64,000 nt of DNA from a virus (taxonomy: Duplodnaviria > Caudoviricetes). Below the pieces are notes generated by a model, which worked only from the letters and a program-made list of their open reading frames with translations, was not told the DNA's origin and made no database searches. Shown here piece by piece: positions 57,201 to 64,000 of the stretch. The stretch covers positions 1 through 64,000 of the IMG/VR virus record IMGVR_UViG_3300027486_000276, one strand, 5' to 3'. A program made the position numbers and the translations under genes. The first letter of the stretch is position 1, and every line of letters begins with the position of its first letter.

Positions 57201-57784
57201 TAGAATACGAGTTCTTCTGCTTGAGCCTCTGCTTCCGCTTGTGCAGCAGTTTGATTTAGTTGGATTTTATTATAAGCTGGCTTCTTTGGAGCTTCCTCCT
57301 CTTGAGCCTCCTTTGGGGCTGAAGCAGCTTTGTCTTGAGCATAAAAAGAGTTTCTAATAAACTCTTGCAAGAACTCCTTAACAAGAATTGCCTCTGCAAA
57401 AGTAAAGCCAATCAAAAAGCTTACTTTATTAACTGAATCTCCCTTTTGCTCCTTTGAAGCATTAAAGGAAAATCCAATCTGATTGTTATCTCTGAGATAA
57501 GGGCAAAACTTGCCCATTGCGTTTGAGTTAGGAGCAGTATGGTAGAACTTATATTCTGCATTTCTGTTGATTGCGTCTACAATACCTGCTGCTTCGACTG
57601 CATTAAACTTTAATACAGTAGTCTTTTCTGGGTTCTTTGCGTTCTCACGAAAAGATCCAAGCTTCTTAGCTTCGTTCCAAGAGTGCTGCTTGATAAAATT
57701 AACAAACAAGGACGTATCCTTTGTTTGAAAAGAACAAGCGGTTCCAGTTACTTTTGCATTTCCCTTATAAAATTGTAGGTTCAT
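57200..57784 (-). CDS. Hypothetical protein, possible ssDNA-binding protein
   Basis: Beta-rich aromatic core plus a flexible acidic tail ending AEAEAQAEELVF; lies in the replication block. Confidence 0.4.
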   Translation of the reverse strand: MNLQFYKGNAKVTGTACSFQTKDTSLFVNFIKQHSWNEAKKLGSFRENAKNPEKTTVLKFNAVEAAGIVDAINRNAEYKFYHTAPNSNAMGKFCPYLRDNNQIGFSFNASKEQKGDSVNKVSFLIGFTFAEAILVKEFLQEFIRNSFYAQDKAASAPKEAQEEEAPKKPAYNKIQLNQTAAQAEAEAQAEELVF

Positions 57785-57818
57785 TCAGACATTATTTTGC
57801 CTGAAAAAATGCGATTTA

Positions 57819-60377
57819 TCAATTATTTTTTTCGGCTTTTAATTGAGAAAGTTTAGTGTAAACTGTATGGGTCTGAATAGCGACAAGTCTGGCAAACACA
57901 GAGTCTCCAAACTTCTGCCCAGTAACGATAACGATATCTTCTTCTTTTGGCATCCTATTATTTAGGCTTTGCATATCGTCAATTTTATCTGAGAAGATCA
58001 TGACATTAACCGAAGCGGTTTCGTCTGAGATTTGCATCTTGAAGTACCTAGTCTTCTTCTCTCTTGAAACTCCTGACTTGCACTCTTGAATGACTCCAAT
58101 AAATGAAACCTCGTCTTTCTCAGCGAAATCCGCAATGTCTTTAATGTAGACCAGATCATCCTTCTTTGAAATGAAGACTTCTCTTAATTTATTTCTGACG
58201 CTATATCCGATAATAGAATTCTCATAAAACCAATTAGCAAAACTTTCCGACTTGCTATTAATTTCATAGATCTTTTTATAGGGATCTGCTTTCGTTCGTA
58301 AGGTTTGAAGTCTTGATTCTTTAATATAAGGTTTGCCTTGGATATCTTTATTATCCTTCATGTGAAGAAGAATTTTAACTAAGTCATAATCAAAATTCTC
58401 ACCAAAAAGTTTGGCATTAATCTTTTCCTTATTAGTTAAGACGTTCCAAAGTTGAGCTTCATATACTATTTTACTTCTTGATTGTTTGAAGTCACCATCT
58501 AAAGCACCAGCTTGAATCAAGGCGCAAAGCACTCCGATGTTCAGGTTAGCCTGAGATGCAGTTTCAAAGATATCAAACTTGTTTTGAAATTCTTTCCTAA
58601 ATTCATTGACAGCTTTGACAGTTTTTTCGCTAATTCCTTTTACTGACAATAATCCAAATCGAATATCATCACCTTCAATGCAAAACTCTTCCTTTGATTT
58701 TATTAGATGAGGAGGGAGTAATTTAATATTAAAATAAACAAGTTCCTTTTCAATCTTGGAGATTTCTCCGATTGGATCTGGTTCATGCTTGCTCATCTTT
58801 AGGAGAGACAAGAAGAACTGCTGGGGGTATTTGAATTTTAGATAGATTGAGATTGCGGCAAGAGCGGCATAGGCTACAGAATGGGATTTATTGAATTGGT
58901 AATTAGCAGAGTCGTTAGCAATTCTCCAGAGAACTTCGCCAATCTTGGGATCAAGCTTTTGTTCAGAGATCTTATCTTTAATCTTCTGCTCCCATTCTTT
59001 CATCTCTTCGACCTTCTTTTTGCCTACGCAGCGTCGAACGATTTCTGCTTCATCAAGAGAAAAGCCAACTTTGCTCACCATTTTCATCAACTGCTCTTGA
59101 TACAAGCAAACGCCTCCAGTCACGCCCAAGATGTCATCAAAGAAAGGATGAATGCTTTCATAATGATCATTATTGGTATAGTTGGCGTACTTATCAATGA
59201 ACTGAAGTGCGCCGGGACGAGCAAGAGCCAATACGCCGCTTAATTGCTCAAGGTTCTTTGGCTTTACCTTTTGGCAGACTTTGAAGTTTGTTTCTGCCTC
59301 AATTTGGAATAATCCATGAGGTAATTTGAAATCTTGTAGTTGCTGATATATAAAAACATCATTTACATCAATGTCCTCATATCTAATACCAAGAGATTTG
59401 CAAACGTCATCTACAACAGAAACACCTCTCAAACCTAGAAGATCAAGTTTAATATTATATGCTGTAACATTATTCATGTCATAGCTGGAGACAATCTGCT
59501 TATCAGAAGAAAGCTCTACCGGACAAGACTCTTCAAGAGGAGAGTGGGCCAGCAAAAGACCAGAAGGATGAACGCCTTTATTCTTATTAAGATTTTGAAG
59601 TTTTAGGGCAATCTTATAAACTTCTTCATTATTTCCTGCCCATTCTGCGAACTTTTCGCTCTCTGTAATTGCATCCTCAAGACTCTTGACTTGTCCGAAT
59701 AGTTTTGGAATATAAGATGAAACATCGTTCATCTCGCTTTCCTGCTTTTCTGCCACTACTTTTCCTGACTCCTTGATGCAGAGTTTAGAGCTTAGGGTGT
59801 TAAGGGTTAGGATTTTAGAAGTCTTGCCTTTGAACTTTTCTTCAAGATAACTGATAACTTTGTGACGATTATAATAACAGATATCTAGGTCAACGTCAGG
59901 GAATAAAGATCCATCAAAATAAGTAACTCCATCTATTACTGTTTTCTTTGCTCTAGCTTTAGAGATGAAACGCTCAAAGAACAGTTCGTACTTAATGGGG
60001 TCAATTTTGGTTACGTCAATGAGAAATAAGAGAAGTGAACCAGCGCAAGATCCTCTTCCCGGTCCAGTAGGAATATTATTTTCTCTGCAATAATTAATTA
60101 CATCCCAAATAAGGATAATATAATCAATGAACTCAAGCTCTTGTAGAATCTGTAATTCATAATTAACGCGATCAACATATCTCTTATAAAGCTCACTACC
60201 TTTTTCAAGATTAAGCTTATAAAATCCTTCTCTAGCTAGGCTCCTTAAGAAGTCGTAATTAGAAGTAGCGGCGACTAGATTAAGTCTAGCTTTATGTCTT
60301 TGATCAATTTCAAAGACAGGCATTCTAAGACCATGCAAACCAAGGTCGTATTTTTGAAAGTCTTTAGTAAAATTCAT
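57819..60377 (-). CDS. dnaE: DNA polymerase III alpha catalytic subunit lacking the PHP domain (likely start ATG 60377, ATGA overlap)
   Basis: GPGRGSCAGSL, FPDVDLD, GVHPSG, KLDLLGL, LALARPG, YQEQLM, YQFNKSHSVAYA, IRFGL. Confidence 0.95.
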   Translation of the reverse strand: MNFTKDFQKYDLGLHGLRMPVFEIDQRHKARLNLVAATSNYDFLRSLAREGFYKLNLEKGSELYKRYVDRVNYELQILQELEFIDYIILIWDVINYCRENNIPTGPGRGSCAGSLLLFLIDVTKIDPIKYELFFERFISKARAKKTVIDGVTYFDGSLFPDVDLDICYYNRHKVISYLEEKFKGKTSKILTLNTLSSKLCIKESGKVVAEKQESEMNDVSSYIPKLFGQVKSLEDAITESEKFAEWAGNNEEVYKIALKLQNLNKNKGVHPSGLLLAHSPLEESCPVELSSDKQIVSSYDMNNVTAYNIKLDLLGLRGVSVVDDVCKSLGIRYEDIDVNDVFIYQQLQDFKLPHGLFQIEAETNFKVCQKVKPKNLEQLSGVLALARPGALQFIDKYANYTNNDHYESIHPFFDDILGVTGGVCLYQEQLMKMVSKVGFSLDEAEIVRRCVGKKKVEEMKEWEQKIKDKISEQKLDPKIGEVLWRIANDSANYQFNKSHSVAYAALAAISIYLKFKYPQQFFLSLLKMSKHEPDPIGEISKIEKELVYFNIKLLPPHLIKSKEEFCIEGDDIRFGLLSVKGISEKTVKAVNEFRKEFQNKFDIFETASQANLNIGVLCALIQAGALDGDFKQSRSKIVYEAQLWNVLTNKEKINAKLFGENFDYDLVKILLHMKDNKDIQGKPYIKESRLQTLRTKADPYKKIYEINSKSESFANWFYENSIIGYSVRNKLREVFISKKDDLVYIKDIADFAEKDEVSFIGVIQECKSGVSREKKTRYFKMQISDETASVNVMIFSDKIDDMQSLNNRMPKEEDIVIVTGQKFGDSVFARLVAIQTHTVYTKLSQLKAEKNN

Positions 60378-61012
60378 ATTGCGATCTGGAATTTGAGCTT
60401 GTTCCATACTTTGATGTTTAAATGTAAGTCGTTAAGTGCGTCGTGTAAGGTTTCGTAATCGTGGTCAATATCGTATTCTTTGCCAAGTGCAGTTAAATTG
60501 GTTTTTACTCCTTTGCGTCTTTCATTCAGTATTCTGTACTGATATTCAATCAAGCTAATATCTTTAGAATAAGGGATCTCATATTTGATGCCTTTGGCTA
60601 GGCAGTTTGTGTCGATAACCTTATTAACCAAATGCTTCCATTCTTTTCCGTGCATCTCGTAATAGTCTTTTATCAAGTAAATATCAAAATTAAGAACATT
60701 GTGACCTACGATATAATCGCACTTTTCTAGCCACTGATCAATTGTTTTAATTGCTTCGCTTGAGTGTACTGCAATTTTATTATATTTGTACTGATCAAAG
60801 CGAGTTATTACTGCCGCTTCTTTGCTAACATTAATTGGTTTATCCCATTTGATATGTATGTCAGAGGTTTCTAAAATCTCATTACCCTTAACTCTAATCA
60901 TACCACACTGCCAAGGGCGATTATTAATGAAACTTAGACAAAGATTCTCGGTTTCTAAGTCTATAAAAGTGTAAACTTTATCCTTATCGTAACGAAGTAG
61001 ATTTTCCATCAT
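60374..61012 (-). CDS. dnaQ: DEDDh 3'-5' exonuclease (epsilon-like)
   Basis: ExoI FIDLETE, ExoII GHNVLNFD, ExoIII HDALND. Confidence 0.88.
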   Translation of the reverse strand: MMENLLRYDKDKVYTFIDLETENLCLSFINNRPWQCGMIRVKGNEILETSDIHIKWDKPINVSKEAAVITRFDQYKYNKIAVHSSEAIKTIDQWLEKCDYIVGHNVLNFDIYLIKDYYEMHGKEWKHLVNKVIDTNCLAKGIKYEIPYSKDISLIEYQYRILNERRKGVKTNLTALGKEYDIDHDYETLHDALNDLHLNIKVWNKLKFQIAI

Positions 61013-61761
61013 ACAGCGTTCGCCTCCTTCCAGCTTTCAAAGCTAAATTCTGCGCTACACATATGTTCTAAATTTGGCTTATTAAGAGTCGTTCTGTTGT
61101 TAATGCATCTAAATGTCAAGTAGGATTTAAAATCTTCTCTCGTATTGTAGTAAAGACTTTTTGCAGGAACTATTTCATATTCGTCTTTGCAAAAGTTAAT
61201 TACTTTTTGTTTTACAATATGATCAAAAGGCAGATTGTTATCCTCTACTAGAAACGTAGGTTTAGTAAATTTTAATTCTGGGCAGCACAAAGAATAACTC
61301 ATTGTGTTATTGAACAAGAACGAATCATAAAAAGGCACACACAGCTTTAGGCTAGACTCGTCCCATTCTTGAGTCAAGGTTTTTTCATCTATTCTTGGAA
61401 CATAATAGAAGCCATCTGTGGCGGCAATACTAAATATCTTGATTAGTTTCTTATAGCCGCTTCCATTTTTTGCGAAGACTATAATTTTACTAGACTTTTT
61501 AAGAGACTCTTCTGTCTTGTCGTTGATATCAGGGCATAATTCAAGCCTCAAACCATAATAGAATGGAATCTTAAAGTTCTTAAAAGCGTCAAGAAAAGAA
61601 CTCATATTCTCTTCTACTAAGAATATTTGTTCCAGTTTATTGTCTTTAGCTATGTCTACGATTGAAGAAGATCCTTCTTTGGATGAAGTACCTGCTTTGT
61701 CTAGAGTTAAGATTGACTTACCTATGCTGTAATGGCTTTTAAAAAGCGGTAGTATTTTCAT
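61009..61761 (-). CDS. Stand-alone PHP domain of Pol III alpha (N-terminal part of split dnaE)
   Basis: LFKSHYSIGKSIL...YYGLRL...IVFAKNGSGYKKLIKI: DnaE PHP pattern with degenerate metal ligands. Confidence 0.85.
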   Translation of the reverse strand: MKILPLFKSHYSIGKSILTLDKAGTSSKEGSSSIVDIAKDNKLEQIFLVEENMSSFLDAFKNFKIPFYYGLRLELCPDINDKTEESLKKSSKIIVFAKNGSGYKKLIKIFSIAATDGFYYVPRIDEKTLTQEWDESSLKLCVPFYDSFLFNNTMSYSLCCPELKFTKPTFLVEDNNLPFDHIVKQKVINFCKDEYEIVPAKSLYYNTREDFKSYLTFRCINNRTTLNKPNLEHMCSAEFSFESWKEANAV

Positions 61762-61770
61762 GATTAAGAG

Positions 61771-62697
61771 TTATTTCCATCTAGGGCAACCTTCGTATTT
61801 AAACTTTTTAATGACTTGAGTGTCATCTTTTTTAGCTGCTTTAGCTTCTTCTGCGGTAAAGTAGCTCTTTACAAAATTATCGTCCTTATCGTAAATAGAA
61901 TAAAACCACATCTCATTCTTAAACGGGCAAACCCAAGTAGCTCCTGCTTGGCAAAGCCATTTGCTCTTTACGTCATCTGCGGCAAAATTCTGCTTTGCAT
62001 CTTGCTCAGTGAAATTAGTTACCTTCTCATAAACGTATTTAAGATATGTCTCAAATCCACGCAATTCATCATCAGTAAATTTTACCGGCTGAACTGGCTC
62101 TTTAGGAAATCTGAGAAATACAAATTCTACCTCTGGATCATAGTCAGGCCAATAAATCTTAGAGGCGATAGAGTATAGCATGGCTTGTACATTAGCTGTC
62201 AACTCTTCACCTTTGAATTTTGCCTTGCTAGACTTGTAATCTCTAATTTTACTCTTCTTTTCTTTCTTATAAAGAATAGGAAGGTCAATAAAGCCTCTAG
62301 CCTTATATCCTTCTCTTTCTATTTTAAACTCAAACTCTGGGTTTTGAATATTGCCGCCCTTTGGAAAGAAGTCGCTTTTAAGACCGACAAGAATCATTTT
62401 ATTGATTAAAGCCATGTCTTCAGGATTATTGATGCCTTCCTTTGTAGCGTGTTTCTTTACAAGTCTACTTATTGGAACGCAAGAAAGAGGGTCAGCAGAG
62501 GCAATAATTTTCTTATAAAGATTCTTATGACGAGGATTAAGAAGCAGTTCAAATATTAAATGACAAATTGTACCACGCTTTGCTCCTGAATTAGACTTCT
62601 CAGGAATATTCAAATGATACTTACAATAGTAAGACCATGAACAAGTCTCAAGAGCCTTGATGCGCGAGGCAGATAGGTAGACTTCTTTTTTATCCAT
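61771..62697 (-). CDS. PD-(D/E)xK nuclease (RecB/AddB/Cas4-like)
   Basis: LSASRI..LETC, GTICHLIFE, RGFIDL, IRDYKSS, C-terminal cysteines. Confidence 0.88.
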   Translation of the reverse strand: MDKKEVYLSASRIKALETCSWSYYCKYHLNIPEKSNSGAKRGTICHLIFELLLNPRHKNLYKKIIASADPLSCVPISRLVKKHATKEGINNPEDMALINKMILVGLKSDFFPKGGNIQNPEFEFKIEREGYKARGFIDLPILYKKEKKSKIRDYKSSKAKFKGEELTANVQAMLYSIASKIYWPDYDPEVEFVFLRFPKEPVQPVKFTDDELRGFETYLKYVYEKVTNFTEQDAKQNFAADDVKSKWLCQAGATWVCPFKNEMWFYSIYDKDDNFVKSYFTAEEAKAAKKDDTQVIKKFKYEGCPRWK

Positions 62698-63607
62698 TGA
62701 ATTCCTTCATATATAAGTCTATCTCATTTTTACTCATTAATCCAAAATCTTTTTTGGGAGGCAGCTTTATCTTAACTTGATTCTCGTCAAAGAACATCAA
62801 GAGTTTAGATTTTGCTTTTTTCGCCGCTTCATTACCAGCAGAATTATTAAAAAAATCATTATTGAATGCAATAACTACTTCTTGAACAGACTTCTCTAAT
62901 AAAAATTTTGTTATTCTAGGAGATATTGCTAATCCAAAAGTGATGATTACGTTCTTATAGCCAGCTTGCCATAAAGCTAACATATCTCCAATGCTTTCAA
63001 TCAGGAAAACTCTACCTCTTTCAGATATAGTATCTTTGCTAAAGAACGCTGGGTAAACCCATTCTTTCTTTGTGCCAAGGTGCTTCCATTTGATAAAGTC
63101 TGGACGTTTAGAATCAACTAATGCTCTGCCGCTAAATCCTACAATTTTACCAGATGGATTGTAAATAGGAAAAACATAACGATTAATCATGTTTCCTTTT
63201 TTAGCTATTCCACCTTTAAACTCTGCTACGATCTCTTCTTTGACTCCTCTATTAAGCCAGTATCCATGATTCTTTTCAAGACTGACGAGCATTGATTCAT
63301 CGTAAATCTTTACTTGATTGATGGTATTTTTTTCTTGGTTTACGACAATTCCCGTGAAGTTAAACTTCTCGGCGAGCATCTTATCTGCATAATCTAGATC
63401 ATTTAGATTAAGTGTGATTTGAACTAATTCACTTAACTTACCACCTCGACATAGTTTATAGTCATACCAATAACCAGTATTTTTATTGATTGCTAGAACT
63501 GTATCATTATCTGAACTCCTATAGATCGGCCTAGTTCTGTACCAGCCGCCGAAGTCTTTAAGATTTTGATACCCGATATTTTGAAGTATTTCTTTTATGT
63601 CACTCAT
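62690..63607 (-). CDS. dnaG: DNA primase (TOPRIM)
   Basis: RYVFPIYNPSGKIVGFSGR, KWKH, VFLIESIGDMLAL, AFNND, KDFG. Confidence 0.88.
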   Translation of the reverse strand: MSDIKEILQNIGYQNLKDFGGWYRTRPIYRSSDNDTVLAINKNTGYWYDYKLCRGGKLSELVQITLNLNDLDYADKMLAEKFNFTGIVVNQEKNTINQVKIYDESMLVSLEKNHGYWLNRGVKEEIVAEFKGGIAKKGNMINRYVFPIYNPSGKIVGFSGRALVDSKRPDFIKWKHLGTKKEWVYPAFFSKDTISERGRVFLIESIGDMLALWQAGYKNVIITFGLAISPRITKFLLEKSVQEVVIAFNNDFFNNSAGNEAAKKAKSKLLMFFDENQVKIKLPPKKDFGLMSKNEIDLYMKEFNG

Positions 63608-64000
63608 AACAAAGCACCATCATTGGGATTGGCATCATTCAATGAGAATGTTTGACGCTCTCTCTCAATAATGTTAGTCAAGGAGCCTCTCTCTTCTACG
63701 CTAAAATTATTAATCTGAAAGTTGATAAAGTTTTGAACATAACGCTCATCGCCATGTTCGTTTCTTCTTCTAAGAAGATCTTGATGCCCAGCGGCATCTT
63801 TACCTTGGAAACGGCTTTTTAAGGTTATCAGCTTGTGTGTGCCGAAGTCTGGGGTGTCGCGCTCTATTTCGTCAAGAGTTTTTCTTCGGAAAATTCCGAC
63901 AAAGCTTGAAAACCATTGCAGTCGATCAGATAGAGCAATCGCAGAGCTATCATCAGTTACATCTCCAGCGTTTCTATTAAAGTTTTCGCCAGCCCTATTC
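63604..64000 (-). CDS. dnaB: Replicative helicase, DnaB-like, C-terminal fragment (not in the ORF track; truncated by window edge)
   Basis: My translation of the minus strand from 63999: NRAGENFNRNAGDVTDDSSAIALSDRLQWFSSFVGIFRRK...LITLKSRFQG...DGALL*. The stop overlaps the primase ATG. Confidence 0.75.
   Translation of the reverse strand, partial: NRAGENFNRNAGDVTDDSSAIALSDRLQWFSSFVGIFRRKTLDEIERDTPDFGTHKLITLKSRFQGKDAAGHQDLLRRRNEHGDERYVQNFINFQINNFSVEERGSLTNIIERERQTFSLNDANPNDGALL

Noticed and set aside
61771-62697. Bona fide Cas4 / CRISPR link
   Set aside because: No cas genes or array are present; stand-alone PD-(D/E)xK nucleases are routine in phage replication blocks.
1-64000. Stop-codon reassignment (alternative genetic code)
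   Set aside because: Standard code 11 gives long, tightly packed ORFs with intact conserved proteins; no systematic in-frame stops were seen.
1-64000. Short opposite-strand or alternate-frame ORFs from the track (e.g. 686-958, 4800-5129, 22828-23271, 41411-41863, 58881-59243, 61816-62178)
   Set aside because: They lie fully inside longer, motif-supported genes and have no recognisable motifs; treated as shadow ORFs.
1-64000. CRISPR array, tRNA/rRNA genes, IS elements or homing endonucleases
   Set aside because: Intergenic gaps are all under ~100 nt and hold only terminators or short motifs. No repeat-spacer pattern, cloverleaf, transposase or HNH/GIY-YIG motif was seen.

Overview
This window is part of a large, AT-rich, gene-dense tailed dsDNA phage genome read in the standard genetic code. 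It has a siphovirus-type tail: no sheath gene lies in the window, and it carries a lambda-like M-L-K-K-I-J tip module and a 3570-aa tape measure protein (TMP). Layout: 1-13.7 kb holds tail fibres, LamG-lectin paralogues and an Ig protein. 13.8-21.6 kb holds neck genes, two major-tail-tube paralogues and chaperones. 21.6-32.3 kb is the TMP. 32.3-45.1 kb (minus strand) is an inverted tail-tip module. 45.2-53.4 kb holds three more tube-fold genes and a giant IPT/LamG adhesin. 53.4-64 kb (minus strand) is a replication block: possible annealing protein, two glycosyltransferases, possible SSB, split DnaE with a DnaQ-like exonuclease, PD-(D/E)xK nuclease, primase and a partial helicase. The most striking feature is an in-frame cassette array inside the TMP. 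It is delimited by seven G(F/Y/H)(I/V)PNF motifs and contains a restriction-endonuclease-like domain plus three tandem GNAT-like domains, so it may be a virion-delivered effector cargo system. Other notable signals: five tail-tube-fold paralogues; a recurrent intergenic GTGTAA motif (candidate late promoter, including a back-to-back pair); apparent complete avoidance of CCWGG; a ~760-aa lectin insertion inside a normally contiguous gpJ motif; a GT9-like glycosyltransferase split across two genes; and one frameshifted LamG gene. All family assignments come from motif reading by eye, not from database searches.
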